Below are positions 17,966 to 28,734 of a DNA stretch of 64,000 bases, piece after piece. Each line of letters opens with the position of its first letter. Positions within the stretch are counted from its first letter, which is position 1. The stretch covers positions 57,559-121,558 of the forward strand of contig CAWFKI010000004.1 in NCBI GenBank assembly GCA_963816345.1. The letters are read 5' to 3'. Under the pieces are notes generated by a model that was not told the origin of the DNA, searched no databases, and saw only the letters and a program-made list of their open reading frames with translations. Made by a program: the position numbers and the translations under genes. Source of the stretch: an uncultured Bacteroidales bacterium (GTDB taxonomy: Bacteria; Bacteroidota; Bacteroidia; Bacteroidales; VadinHA17).

Positions 17966-19543
17966 TTAATTTCCTTCAACCCATGGGACTTTGGGTGAGC
18001 GATAGAAATTGATATTCATATCTTTAAACCGCCCTGCGAAATTCCCAAGCCGTACCTTATAATCGTCCCAGTTTCTGATCGTGGCGGGGCTCCAGCCAAT
18101 CTCAGCGATCCCGGGGAGCCTTGGAAATACCATATACTCAAGTTCATCCATATTGGATATTGTTTCTGTCCACAGCGGAGCTTCAACACCTGTTATACTC
18201 TCTTTTCCTATACCCGGTACATAAGTTGCAGGATCCCATATATAGGAACTGTCAACTTCAATATAGCCCGCCCACTTCTGGCCTAAAGTTGTTGTCGAAT
18301 CATATTTCATATCAATATAGGTTTTTGATGCGGGTGACATAAGGATCTTTGCTCCCTGGCTTACTGCCCTCAGAGCATTTTCCCTGTTTGCCCAGAACTG
18401 TGCCGTGGTATTGGGATTTAATGCTGAAAGTGATATCTCATCCCAGCCAATCACCAGCTTGCCATGGTCTCTTACAATATCCTGTACTCTCTTTACAAAG
18501 GGAATGTAATCTTCTTTCTTCGTGGCATGTGATTCATCTCCCCCTATATGTATGTACGGCCCTGTTGTCAGCGCGGCCAGTTCCGTTACAACATCATTCA
18601 CAAATTTATATGAGATCTCCTTTGATGTGCATATTGAGCTGAATCCTACCTCAATACCCGTATAGAGTTCGGTGGCCTTACCGTTGCAATTAAGCTCAGG
18701 ATAGGATGCCAGCGCTGCATTGATGTGTCCGGGCATATCTATTTCAGGAACAATTGTTATATACTGATCATCTGCATATTTCACTAATTCAGCGTACTGT
18801 TCCTGGGTAAAATATCCGCCGGGGCCCCCTCCGACCTCGGTGCTTCCGCCATGGATCGCAAGGTTCGGCCACGATTTGATCTCTATCCTCCATCCCTGGT
18901 CGTCAGATAGATGCAGATGCAGGACGTTCATCTTAAAACAGGCTATCAGATCGATAAAATGCTTTACATCATCCACGCCGAAAAAATGACGTGCTACATC
19001 CAGCATGGCACCCCGGTAAGGATAATCAGGATAATCAACTATGGTTCCGGTGGCAATTTTCCAGTCCCCTTCCTGCCTGGTGCCTAGCTCGATTTTTGCA
19101 GGCAAAAGCTGGCGGATAGTCTGAATTCCCCTGAATAATCCTTCCGGACTATTTGCCGAAAGCTTAATCAGATTTTTGGTAATCGAAAGCTCGTATCCTT
19201 CAAAGCCCAGTTTTTGATCAGGATTGGAAACCGAGAGCCAGATATTTCCGGAGCCCGGTACTTTTTCAGCAGGTTTTACTGCAATATCAAAACCTGTCGC
19301 CGGTTTCAGCCTTTCAGCCAGGTAGTCTCCGACTTTCCTGAGCTTATCGGTTTCTCCTTCAATATAAATATTCGCGCCGGATTTCAGAAAGAAATAGTCG
19401 CCTGTGGAAATAACTGAGACAGGTCTGGGAATTAAACTTTCTTTTGCGAGATCCGAGCGGTTAGTCAACGTGCACGACATATTAAGTACCAGCACGCTTA
19501 GAAAAATAAGCAGATTAGCAGTCTTGTTTTGTTTTCTGATCAT
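17966..19543 (-). CDS. GH20 beta-N-acetylhexosaminidase, lipoprotein
   Basis: RGAMLDVARHF, HLSDDQGWR, PEIDMPGH, HIGGDE, LWTE. Confidence 0.95.
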   Translation of the reverse strand: MIRKQNKTANLLIFLSVLVLNMSCTLTNRSDLAKESLIPRPVSVISTGDYFFLKSGANIYIEGETDKLRKVGDYLAERLKPATGFDIAVKPAEKVPGSGNIWLSVSNPDQKLGFEGYELSITKNLIKLSANSPEGLFRGIQTIRQLLPAKIELGTRQEGDWKIATGTIVDYPDYPYRGAMLDVARHFFGVDDVKHFIDLIACFKMNVLHLHLSDDQGWRIEIKSWPNLAIHGGSTEVGGGPGGYFTQEQYAELVKYADDQYITIVPEIDMPGHINAALASYPELNCNGKATELYTGIEVGFSSICTSKEISYKFVNDVVTELAALTTGPYIHIGGDESHATKKEDYIPFVKRVQDIVRDHGKLVIGWDEISLSALNPNTTAQFWANRENALRAVSQGAKILMSPASKTYIDMKYDSTTTLGQKWAGYIEVDSSYIWDPATYVPGIGKESITGVEAPLWTETISNMDELEYMVFPRLPGIAEIGWSPATIRNWDDYKVRLGNFAGRFKDMNINFYRSPKVPWVEGN

Positions 19544-19649
19544 GGGTCCGGTTTTTTTTCGGAAGATAAATATTTTATTTTTATTTTAACTCTCTCAGAA
19601 CTTTGACAGGTGAGTATTGTTTCCCACTGAAATATCCTGTAATAAATAT

Positions 19650-20261
19650 ATGACCAAAAATAAGGAGTTTTCGGAAAAAACCGTATCGGACAGCCCTTTA
19701 ATCCAATTTAAAAACTGGTACAAAGAGCATCTTGATGTCTCTGATGATCTGCCTGATGCAGTAAGTCTGGGTACAGCCTCGGCTGAAGGACGGGTTTCCG
19801 TAAGGACAGTTCTGCTGAAGGATTGGGATGATGCCGGCTTTGTGTTCTACACAAATTATAACAGCAGGAAAGGCGTTCAGATAGCTTCGAATCACTGGGG
19901 TGCAATGCTGTTTTACTGGCCTGAATCTCATCGTCAGATCCGTATCGAGGGAACAATTGAGAAAATATCCGAAGAAGAATCAGCACGGTATTTCAGAACC
20001 AGGCCCCGTGAAAGTCAGCTATCGGCCTGGGCCAGCGAGCAAAGCACAGCCATTACTGATCGTTCGTATCTTGAAAAAAGATACGATCATATTAATAACC
20101 TGTACGCCAGCAGACCAGTTGAAAAGCCTCCCTTCTGGGGTGGATACAGGCTTATACCGGATTATTTCGAATTCTGGCAGGAAAGAGAGTTCAGATTACA
20201 TGACAGGATAGCCTACTCAAAAGACAATGATGGCTGGATGATCAGACGTCTTGCACCTTAG
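19650..20261 (+). CDS. pdxH: pyridoxamine 5'-phosphate oxidase
   Basis: RTVLLK, FYTNYNSRKG, RQIRIEG, WASEQS, WGGYR, EFWQ...RLHDR, RLAP. Confidence 0.95.
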   Translation: MTKNKEFSEKTVSDSPLIQFKNWYKEHLDVSDDLPDAVSLGTASAEGRVSVRTVLLKDWDDAGFVFYTNYNSRKGVQIASNHWGAMLFYWPESHRQIRIEGTIEKISEEESARYFRTRPRESQLSAWASEQSTAITDRSYLEKRYDHINNLYASRPVEKPPFWGGYRLIPDYFEFWQEREFRLHDRIAYSKDNDGWMIRRLAP

Positions 20262-20269
20262 GTCCGGCT

Positions 20270-20851
20270 TCAGATAAGATCGCAGGCCTCAGCCGGCATC
20301 CAGTGAGCATCCATGCCCTCCCATTTTATATTGCAGCCAATGGGGTTTGTCAGCGGAACAGTGATCTTCTTTCCGCTTGTAAGTTCGTCAAGAGCAATGT
20401 CAAGATTATTAATTGTTATCTTCGAAGTATCCCTGGGATTATCCACCCCGCGGCCGGTATATACAAGCACCCTTTTCTCATCAAAAACATAAAAATGCGG
20501 GGTCCTCAATGGCCCGTATGCTTTAGCCACATCCTGCATTTTATCATGAAGGTAGACCCAGGGAAACTTATGCTCTTTCATCCTTTTTACCATATTATCA
20601 AAACTATCCTCAGGATAAGTATTCACACTATTGGAATTTATCCCTGCAAACCCAACTCCCCTGCTCATGTATTTTTCCGCAGTGATTCTCGTAATCTCAT
20701 CGGAGCCAATGACATATGGACAATGGTTACATGTAAAAAAGATTACAAGGTATTTGAATTTTTCAAAATCTTTCAAGCTGTACTCTTTTCCCTCCGTAGA
20801 GGTCAGCTTAAAATCCGGTGCCTTATCTCCAGGCTGTAATGTAAATGACAT
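20270..20851 (-). CDS. thioredoxin-fold AhpC/TSA-like redoxin
   Basis: [29 protein letters not shown]. Confidence 0.9.
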   Translation of the reverse strand: MSFTLQPGDKAPDFKLTSTEGKEYSLKDFEKFKYLVIFFTCNHCPYVIGSDEITRITAEKYMSRGVGFAGINSNSVNTYPEDSFDNMVKRMKEHKFPWVYLHDKMQDVAKAYGPLRTPHFYVFDEKRVLVYTGRGVDNPRDTSKITINNLDIALDELTSGKKITVPLTNPIGCNIKWEGMDAHWMPAEACDLI

Positions 20852-20997
20852 ATCTTAAGTATATTATGTTCATAATCAGTTCTTTGAAAATTATCTTCCT
20901 TTTTATTACAAGGTCAGACTATATCAAGTCGCTGTATAAACAAAATATCAATAAAGAATGTTTGAACCTGACACCGGATTCAGGATTCCACTGTGAG

Positions 20998-21882
20998 TTA
21001 TTTCATAATAGGATTTTTTGCCTTTATATAGAATTCTTCCTGAAGCTCCTGAATTCTATTGTCAAATTTTAAGTACTTTACGAGTTCGGCAAGCTGACCG
21101 GCATCACTGTTGATCAATAATTCCCCGAGTTTTGCATCTGGTGTTGCTATATCACTTGCAAAATGATTGGGATACCTGGCATACCACCATATCCCGGTAT
21201 ATCCATAAGGTAATTTGGACAACCTGTTCTGGTCCAGTCCGGATTCAGTTTTCAAAGCATCCAGATCCACAAGTGCCGGATCAATTACATACATCATTGA
21301 TGTCTCGTTCTCTCCTGCATGGCTGTCGAGTTTTGCTTTTTTAAGTGACTCTATCTGTTTTGAGATCTGAGGATCGTCACCCGGGGTAAACAACACTACT
21401 ATATAATCCCTCTGGCTTGCAAGCTGCGATTGGCAGAAATACTGAAGGAAACTGTTGTTTCCTCCATGTCCGTTCATCAGGACAATCTTTTTTAACCCGT
21501 TACGCGACAGCTCCTTACATGTTTCATCCAGCATCTTCCACATCAGCTCATTGCTGTAGGCAATTGCCCCGGGCTGATGCCTTGCTTCAAAGATCTGACC
21601 AACGAAATAGGGAGGATACACCACGGCATATTCTTTTTCTGCAGCTGTAACTGCCACCTTTCGTGCCTCATACAAATCCGTGCCCAGCGGAAGATGAGGA
21701 CCGTGCTTTTCTATAATCCCCATCGGAATTATGCAGACCCCTCCGGCAAGTTCGACAGCTTTCACAAACTTTGGCGAGGTCAGATCTTCCATTTTACAGG
21801 GAAGTCCGTCTTTGGTTGATCCCTGACCGTAGAGACAGACTGAAATTAATAAAGTGGTCAGCAATAAAGTAGTTTTTTTCAT
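20998..21882 (-). CDS. creatininase/amidohydrolase family protein with signal peptide
   Basis: EKHGPHLPLGTD, NGHGGN, HAGENETS. Confidence 0.9.
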   Translation of the reverse strand: MKKTTLLLTTLLISVCLYGQGSTKDGLPCKMEDLTSPKFVKAVELAGGVCIIPMGIIEKHGPHLPLGTDLYEARKVAVTAAEKEYAVVYPPYFVGQIFEARHQPGAIAYSNELMWKMLDETCKELSRNGLKKIVLMNGHGGNNSFLQYFCQSQLASQRDYIVVLFTPGDDPQISKQIESLKKAKLDSHAGENETSMMYVIDPALVDLDALKTESGLDQNRLSKLPYGYTGIWWYARYPNHFASDIATPDAKLGELLINSDAGQLAELVKYLKFDNRIQELQEEFYIKAKNPIMK

Positions 21883-21900
21883 AATCTCTGTTTTTTAAAT

Positions 21901-22356
21901 TTAAATATGCTCAGTTCTTCTGCCCGTCAAAAGCAGGAAAAAGAATCTTAAATATCTTATTCCGGAAAGTATTAATGCCAGGCCTATTCCATTATACAGA
22001 ACGGAAAGATAACGCTTTGGCAAAGCTGAGTGCCTTAAGAAGATTCCCATTGCGACCATGACGAGAACAATCAGATAACTTTTCCAGGTCATAAATGAGA
22101 AGAGGCATTTTTTTGAGGACAGGGGAAGCAACCTTCTCAGGTTTTTGTTGGCGATCCTCAGGAAGCCAAAATGATGAACAGGCATTGCTACAAGAAAACC
22201 TGCAGCATAATATATACCATTCAACCTGAGCCCTAAAGGCGATAACCATGATACGGCAAAGCTGATAAGCATAATTCCCACCCCGCACCACATCATTCCA
22301 GCGAGAAGCACAAGGATCCTCTTGTCGACAGATGGGGTAAATTTTTTTATATTCAT
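21901..22356 (-). CDS. hypothetical membrane protein (about four TM helices)
   Basis: Hydrophobic segments; tightly packed with co-oriented neighbours. Confidence 0.75.
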   Translation of the reverse strand: MNIKKFTPSVDKRILVLLAGMMWCGVGIMLISFAVSWLSPLGLRLNGIYYAAGFLVAMPVHHFGFLRIANKNLRRLLPLSSKKCLFSFMTWKSYLIVLVMVAMGIFLRHSALPKRYLSVLYNGIGLALILSGIRYLRFFFLLLTGRRTEHI

Positions 22357-22362
22357 GTTCTT

Positions 22363-22653
22363 TCAGTCTATCCTGGCATGCCGAAACGGCTTGATTTCAA
22401 CTTTTTCCCATACCCCCCGGGTAAAATATGGTTCATCCTGCAGGCCGGTATCCAGGGCCTCACGGTCGGGGTAATCATACACAATCATTGATCCGATCAT
22501 TTTCCCCTCCTCATCAAGTATGGCTCCGCCAAAAAGGAATTTGCCTGCTTTCCTGAGCTGGCTGATTTTGCCCAGATGTTCTTCGCGAACTTCGAGCCTT
22601 CGTTTCAGTGCGCCGGGGTCAGTCCCGTCATAAGCAATCAATAAATACTGCAT
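22363..22653 (-). CDS. YciI family protein
   Basis: From ATG 22653: AYD...RRLEVREEHL, GGAIL, GSMIV, EPY...VW. Confidence 0.88.
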   Translation of the reverse strand: MQYLLIAYDGTDPGALKRRLEVREEHLGKISQLRKAGKFLFGGAILDEEGKMIGSMIVYDYPDREALDTGLQDEPYFTRGVWEKVEIKPFRHARID

Positions 22654-22745
22654 ATAAATTCTTAATAAGTAAGACACTTGATCAAGGATCAAAATTATAA
22701 CAATTACAGAATATTCAGCACTCCGGATCCGGGCTAATAAATTTC

Positions 22746-22765
22746 ATAATCATTGATTATATTTG
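22746..22765 (+). promoter_or_regulatory. 7-1-7 palindromic operator overlapping the -7 promoter element of mntH
   Basis: ATAATCA-T-TGATTAT at 22746-22760 overlapping TATATTTG at 22758-22765. Confidence 0.55.
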
Positions 22766-22822
22766 TTATTACTATTTTGCAAAGTTATAAAGTTCCTGAC
22801 TAAATAACCGATACGATCCGAT

Positions 22823-24118
22823 ATGCCGGGCATTAAGAAGATACTTGATTCCATACGGATCTTCACTGATCCGAAAAGAAAAAATCATAAACCTTCCTAT
22901 GGTGCTCTTGATATCTTAAAATACATCGGTCCGGGTCTGCTTGTGACAGTCGGCTTTATAGATCCGGGAAACTGGGCTGCTAATATTGCCACGGGATCAG
23001 AATTTGGCTATACCCTTCTCTGGATTGTCACATTGTCGACAATAATGCTTATAGTGTTGCAGCACAACGTTGCGCACCTTGGAATAGCGACAGGACTCTG
23101 CCTTTCTGAAGCAGCAACACTGTATCTTCATCCCGGAGTTTCCAAGGGGATCCTTTCATTTGCCGTACTTGCTTCTGTCTCGACTTCTTTTGCCGAGATC
23201 CTGGGGGGATCTATTGCCTTAAACATGCTTTTCAGTGTTCCCCTGAAAACAGGTGCAATGCTTGTGACAGTATTTGTAGCAATAATGCTGTTCACCAATT
23301 CTTATCAGAAGATAGAGAAATGGATAATAGGATTTGTCTCAATCATCGGGCTCTCCTTTCTTTATGAGCTGTTCCTGGTTGATGTTGACTGGATTGAAGC
23401 AGGTGTGGCATGGGTAAAGCCTTCCATACCTGAAGGATCAATGTATCTTCTGATGAGTGTACTGGGAGCAGTCGTGATGCCCCACAACCTCTTCCTCCAT
23501 TCGGAGATCATACAAAGCCGTCAATGGAACCTTCAGGATGATGTGGTCATCAAAAGACAGCTTAAATATGAATTTGCCGATACCCTGTTTTCCATGCTGG
23601 TAGGCTGGGCAATCAACAGTGCAATGATAATACTGGCTGCCACCACATTTTTCAGGAATAGCCTGAAGGTTGAGGAGCTGCAGCAGGCTGAGAAACTACT
23701 TGTGCCGTTACTTGGGACAAACGCTTCAGTTGTCTTTGCAGCAGCCCTTCTTCTTGCGGGTATTGCCTCCTCTATCACCTCCGGGATGGCCGGCGGATCA
23801 ATAGTTTCAGGAATGTACAACGAACCTTATGATGTCAGGGATGCTCACTCGAGGATTGGTATAATAATTTCCCTGGTTGGTGCTTTAATTCTTATCTTTT
23901 TTGTTTCCAATCCGTTCAAGGGTCTGATCCTGTCCCAGGTATTTCTGAGTATTCAGCTGCCTTTTACTGTAGCAATACAGGTTTATCTGACCTCCTCAAA
24001 AAAAGTTATGGGTAAGTATGCCAACAGTCATTTTCTTGTGGGACTGCTGCTTGTTATTGCAGCAATAGTCACTTTACTTAATATTAAATTGTTTATAGAT
24101 TTTATAACGGGAAAATAA
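22823..24118 (+). CDS. mntH: Nramp family divalent metal transporter
   Basis: GPG...IDPGNW, GAVVMPHNLFLHS, SQVFLSIQLPF. Confidence 0.93.
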   Translation: MPGIKKILDSIRIFTDPKRKNHKPSYGALDILKYIGPGLLVTVGFIDPGNWAANIATGSEFGYTLLWIVTLSTIMLIVLQHNVAHLGIATGLCLSEAATLYLHPGVSKGILSFAVLASVSTSFAEILGGSIALNMLFSVPLKTGAMLVTVFVAIMLFTNSYQKIEKWIIGFVSIIGLSFLYELFLVDVDWIEAGVAWVKPSIPEGSMYLLMSVLGAVVMPHNLFLHSEIIQSRQWNLQDDVVIKRQLKYEFADTLFSMLVGWAINSAMIILAATTFFRNSLKVEELQQAEKLLVPLLGTNASVVFAAALLLAGIASSITSGMAGGSIVSGMYNEPYDVRDAHSRIGIIISLVGALILIFFVSNPFKGLILSQVFLSIQLPFTVAIQVYLTSSKKVMGKYANSHFLVGLLLVIAAIVTLLNIKLFIDFITGK

Positions 24119-24136
24119 TACAACGGAAAGGTCAAT

Positions 24137-24934
24137 ATGCTTTCAGAAGAATATAAGGTCGGACTTGTACTCAGTGGCGGAGGAACCAGAGGATTTGCAC
24201 ACCTGGGATTGCTGCAGGCCCTGAATGATGCCGGGATATACCCTGATGTGATATCCGGAACCAGTGCCGGAGCTCTGGCAGGAGTGCTCTATGCTGATGG
24301 CTACACTCCAAGGGAGATCCTGAATATGCTCAATTCAGGCAGCAGGCTGGATTTTATGCGACCTGCAATGCCACGTGAAGGATTATTGCAGATCAGGGGG
24401 GTAATTAAAATATTAAAAGCCAATTTACGGGCAAAGAATTTTGAAGATCTTAAAATACCACTGTATGTAACTGCCACTGATCTTAATAACGGTAAGGCCG
24501 AATATTTTTCAAAAGGAGAGCTGCTTTGTGCGGTAATTGCATCCGCAAGCATACCGGTACTCTTTCAGCCGGTATTAATAAACGACATACAATATGTAGA
24601 TGGCGGTGTTCTCGATAACCTGCCTGTAAGGCCAATTGAAGGCAGATGCAGTTATCTTATCGGCTCATTCGTAAATCCTGTCGGTTACACTGAAAAAATA
24701 AGCGGTCTGATCAGTATTGCGGAAAGAACCTTTATGCTCAGTATGTCAAAAGAGATTATTGAAAAGGCAAAGAGGTTTGACCTGTTTGTTGCACCCCCGG
24801 AGCTGAAGGATTACAAAATTCTTGATCCTGAAAAAGCTGATGAGCTTTTTTCTGTCGGTTATCAGGCTACAATTGAGAAACTGAAAGACGGAAAAATAAG
24901 AAAGCTCCTCGACAGGCAGATCATTTCCCGATAA
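24137..24934 (+). CDS. patatin-like phospholipase
   Basis: SGGGTRG, GTSAG, ASASIP, DGG. Confidence 0.93.
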   Translation: MLSEEYKVGLVLSGGGTRGFAHLGLLQALNDAGIYPDVISGTSAGALAGVLYADGYTPREILNMLNSGSRLDFMRPAMPREGLLQIRGVIKILKANLRAKNFEDLKIPLYVTATDLNNGKAEYFSKGELLCAVIASASIPVLFQPVLINDIQYVDGGVLDNLPVRPIEGRCSYLIGSFVNPVGYTEKISGLISIAERTFMLSMSKEIIEKAKRFDLFVAPPELKDYKILDPEKADELFSVGYQATIEKLKDGKIRKLLDRQIISR

Positions 24935-25766
24935 GCGAATAAAGCCATTTAATCTCTTCTTCCCATAAGGATTCATCAGGGGTTTCAAGTATAAGAGGCA
25001 TATTGTCAAATCTGCTGTCATTCATCACCATCCTGAAAACATCCTCTCCCAAAAATCCCTTTCCGAGATTGTCGTGACGGTCAACCCTCGAGGCAAGATC
25101 CTTTTTGGAATCATTAAGGTGCAATCCTTTAAGATATTTAAACCCGATAATTTCATTGAATTTATCAAAAGTTGATTTGAAGCCTGCAGCCGATTTGACA
25201 TCATATCCGGCCGTAAAAGCGTGGCAGGTGTCAATGCAAACCCCAACCCTCGATTTGTCCTCGACATTATCAATTATTTCCCTGATCTGTTCAAAAGTAT
25301 GTCCGAGATTTGTTCCCTGACCTGCAGTATTTTCGATTACTGCAGTAACTCCTTTTGTTTTGTCAAGAGCAATATTGACTGATTCAGCTATTCTCTTCAG
25401 ACACTCTTCAATACTGATGCCATTTAAATGACTTCCCGGGTGAAAATTAAGCCTGTCAAGACCCAGGAGCTCACATCTCTGCATCTCATCAAGGAATGCG
25501 GCCCTGGATTTTTCCAGGGGAGCAGCTTCCGGATTACCTAGATTTATCAGGTAACTATCGTGAGGAAGGATCTGAAATGTCTTGTATTCAAACTTCTCGC
25601 AATTCTCTTTGAATGCCTTTATACTGGCTTTTGAAAGTGGACTGGAATTCCACTGCCTCTGATTCTTTGTAAAAAGAGCAAAAGCTTTTGCTCCGATCAG
25701 ATTTGCATTCAGTGGAGCATTCTCAACTCCACCCGATGCACTCACATGGGCGCCTGCATATTTCAT
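24921..25766 (-). CDS. nfo: endonuclease IV
   Basis: [41 protein letters not shown]. Confidence 0.96.
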   Translation of the reverse strand: MKYAGAHVSASGGVENAPLNANLIGAKAFALFTKNQRQWNSSPLSKASIKAFKENCEKFEYKTFQILPHDSYLINLGNPEAAPLEKSRAAFLDEMQRCELLGLDRLNFHPGSHLNGISIEECLKRIAESVNIALDKTKGVTAVIENTAGQGTNLGHTFEQIREIIDNVEDKSRVGVCIDTCHAFTAGYDVKSAAGFKSTFDKFNEIIGFKYLKGLHLNDSKKDLASRVDRHDNLGKGFLGEDVFRMVMNDSRFDNMPLILETPDESLWEEEIKWLYSLIGK

Positions 25767-25983
25767 CTTTATCAACAAATTAATTAAACAAACCTGTTCT
25801 GCACAACCGGCCTTTAATTATGTCAGATTTTAAAACAACACCCAAAACCATCCATATTACTCAATATTAGACAATTAATAATGTCCGGTTTCACGGCAAA
25901 ATTAATCATTGAATCGGACATAATAATAATTATCAGGAAATTATTATTTTTGAGAACAAAATCAGGTAAATACAAAATACTAT

Positions 25984-26907
25984 ATGGCAACTCCCGACAA
26001 CACTAACTTTTCAGGTAATGTAAATCCCTCAGGTAAGGAAAGTAAAAGCAATCCTCCTGTAAGGCTGATCGCAACATCTCTCATCCTGGCAGCATTGCTG
26101 CTATTTCTCGTGTTAATGTATTTCATACAAAAACACAATATGGCGGAGATGGAAACTGTGCTCACCGAGGAAAAAGACTCTCTGGCAAACGAATTGAGAC
26201 GGATATCATACTCCTTTGATACTTTAAAGACAAATAATGATACCCTTAAGGCTAACGTTGAAAGAGATAAAGAGAAAATTATAAAGATCCTGGCCATTAA
26301 TGAATCAAATGTCAGGTTAATCAGACAGTATAAAAAAGAGATAAAGACAATGAGGGAAATAATGAAGAGCTATATTGTTCAGATTGATTCCCTCAACACA
26401 AGAAACAAGCTCCTTGTTGCAGAAAATTCAGAGATACGTCAGGAGATGAAACAGGTGAAGAGCACCAATACCGAACTTTCGAAAGTTAAGGAGGAGCTTA
26501 GCTCCAAGGTTGAAATTGCTTCAGTTATCCAGGCAAAGGATATCGTTGCCGCTTCCCTGAACAAGAAAAGGAAAGAGACAACCCGCATAAATCTTCTGGA
26601 TAAACTGAGGATCTGCTTTACCCTGAGGGAAAACCCGCTTGCCAAAGCCGGTACCAAAGTGGTTTACATGAGAGTAATAAGGCCCGATTCCCTGGTGATT
26701 GCCACAAGCCCGGATAACCTGTTCGATTACAAGGGTAATAAAATAATATATTCTGCCAGCCGTGAGGTTGATTACATGAACCAGGATGTTGATATGTGTA
26801 TTTTCCTTGACAACACAGGTGATTTCATTGTCGGGAACTACAGTGTGGAGCTTTATCTGGAAGGTAATGTCATAGGACATACCAATTTCATGCTGTCAAA
26901 AAGATAA
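25984..26907 (+). CDS. membrane-anchored coiled-coil hypothetical protein
   Basis: One N-terminal TM helix, long heptad region, C-terminal beta-rich domain. Confidence 0.75.
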   Translation: MATPDNTNFSGNVNPSGKESKSNPPVRLIATSLILAALLLFLVLMYFIQKHNMAEMETVLTEEKDSLANELRRISYSFDTLKTNNDTLKANVERDKEKIIKILAINESNVRLIRQYKKEIKTMREIMKSYIVQIDSLNTRNKLLVAENSEIRQEMKQVKSTNTELSKVKEELSSKVEIASVIQAKDIVAASLNKKRKETTRINLLDKLRICFTLRENPLAKAGTKVVYMRVIRPDSLVIATSPDNLFDYKGNKIIYSASREVDYMNQDVDMCIFLDNTGDFIVGNYSVELYLEGNVIGHTNFMLSKR

Positions 26908-28044
26908 TCAGTCAGCATCAGGTATCATAAATTCGGAAATAATATTGTCGGATATTATCTTCCCCTGATTTGTAAGCACCAGGTTTTTCTGATCCTGCCT
27001 TATCAGTCCGTAGTCTTTGAATTTGCCTGCAAGGTTAACAATATAATCATAACCTTCTTTTTCAAACGTTTTTTCAACATATTCAAGATCAATTCCCCAC
27101 ATCGTTCTCAGTGAAGTCATTACATATTCGTTAAACCGTGATTTTAAATCAAGATCTTCATGTTCAAAAAATGATACGCCGGAATTAACGGATTTAATAT
27201 ACTCCTTGAGATCTCTTTTATTCCATTGGCGGGAATAGCCATTAAAAGAGTGGGCTGAAGGACCAAGTCCGATATAGTTGACCTGTTTCCAGTAATTTGA
27301 ATTATGTATCGAAAAATATTCCGGCTTTCCGAAATTTGATATCTCATAGTGAATAAATCCTGCCGATTCGGCTTTTTCTATGAGCAGATTAAAAAGCATG
27401 ACGCTCTCCTCTTCATCAATTTCTGCGATCAGCCTCTTCTCAAGCATTTTCCCGAATACCGTTCCGGGTTCAAAGGTAAGATGATACGCTGAGAGGTGCT
27501 TTATATCAAATGAAAATGAGAAATCAAGATTAGAGGCCCAGTCCTGCAGGGTCATTCCCGGAATGCCATAAATAAGGTCGATAGAGACATTCTGAAATCC
27601 GGCATCGAAAATCTGATTCAGGGCTATCTCAGCCCTGGCCGAATCATGCCTCCTGTTAAGCATCTTCAGATCAATATCACGCCACGACTGGATGCCAAGG
27701 CTGATCCTGTTGAAATCAAGCTCCCTGAGTCCGTCCAGATAATCGGGATTGACATCATCAGGATTCAGTTCAATTGTAATTTCGCATTTTTCCTCTACCC
27801 TGAACTTATCCCTGATATCGTTCATAATGGTCTGCAGCTCCTGAACAGACAGGGTTGAAGGCGTACCTCCACCGAAATAGATGGTTGAAACGATCTCCAT
27901 CCCCAGGTAATCTTTTCTGATAGCTGTCTCCTTACGCAGAGCATCAATAAATGCGGTGTTGTCTCCTCTTGAAGTCAGGTGGTAGAAATCGCAATAAAAA
28001 CAGAGCTTCCTGCAGAAAGGAATATGTATATATATGCCAGCCAT
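26908..28044 (-). CDS. hemW: radical SAM heme chaperone HemW
   Basis: YIHIPFCRKLCFYCDF, YFGGGTPS, YEISNF, HNSNYW, GLGPSAHS. Confidence 0.93.
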   Translation of the reverse strand: MAGIYIHIPFCRKLCFYCDFYHLTSRGDNTAFIDALRKETAIRKDYLGMEIVSTIYFGGGTPSTLSVQELQTIMNDIRDKFRVEEKCEITIELNPDDVNPDYLDGLRELDFNRISLGIQSWRDIDLKMLNRRHDSARAEIALNQIFDAGFQNVSIDLIYGIPGMTLQDWASNLDFSFSFDIKHLSAYHLTFEPGTVFGKMLEKRLIAEIDEEESVMLFNLLIEKAESAGFIHYEISNFGKPEYFSIHNSNYWKQVNYIGLGPSAHSFNGYSRQWNKRDLKEYIKSVNSGVSFFEHEDLDLKSRFNEYVMTSLRTMWGIDLEYVEKTFEKEGYDYIVNLAGKFKDYGLIRQDQKNLVLTNQGKIISDNIISEFMIPDAD

Positions 28045-28356
28045 TCTTTATATAACCAAATCTGAAAAGTATAAATAAAATACAATTGTCAGGATCAAAT
28101 ATACGACAAACATTTAAGAAGCCCGGATTTGGATAACAGAACGGTTTTTATGAAAAGATATTTATGCGGCTTACCTGAGAACCAAAACAGAGACTTTATC
28201 TTTTTTAACAATTATAATAAGAGGGATCTGTTAAACAGAAATCCGGCAGCTGTTCTGTTGTGTGCCTGTTGATTATAAAGGGTTGTGTCCGACAGCCTCC
28301 GGGCTGCATATTTAGAAATTAAGATTTTATAACTAAATTTGCGACAAATTTATAAA

Positions 28357-28734
28357 ATGATAAAGAAGAATTTTTTCACAATACTGGTTGCTGTCGTTCT
28401 TTGTTACCTCAGCCTTACCAATTCTGAGACATTTGCAAAAGTGGCTCTTAAAAATATAACATACCTTGATAAAATTGTACATTTTATGATGTACTTTATT
28501 ATGATGTCTGTAATTCTTATTGAACACAGGAAAAGATTAAAATATCTCAGGCAGATACTGCTTGCAGCACTTATACCCCTTTCATATGGTATACTTATGG
28601 AAATCTTTCAGGCCACACTTACCGTCACGCGTACAGGCAGTGTATATGATGCCCTGGCCAATGCCGCCGGAATTACAGCCTCTATCTTATTGTGGTTGCT
28701 GGTAAGACCTGCTGATAAGGAGATTATCAGATAG
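28357..28734 (+). CDS. VanZ family membrane protein
   Basis: DKIVHF..YF, EIFQ...RTGS.YD..AN..G; TAAATTTG promoter-like element just upstream. Confidence 0.85.
   Translation: MIKKNFFTILVAVVLCYLSLTNSETFAKVALKNITYLDKIVHFMMYFIMMSVILIEHRKRLKYLRQILLAALIPLSYGILMEIFQATLTVTRTGSVYDALANAAGITASILLWLLVRPADKEIIR

Noticed and set aside
28357..28734. Glycopeptide resistance locus
   Set aside because: A lone VanZ-like gene is common and no van operon genes are present.
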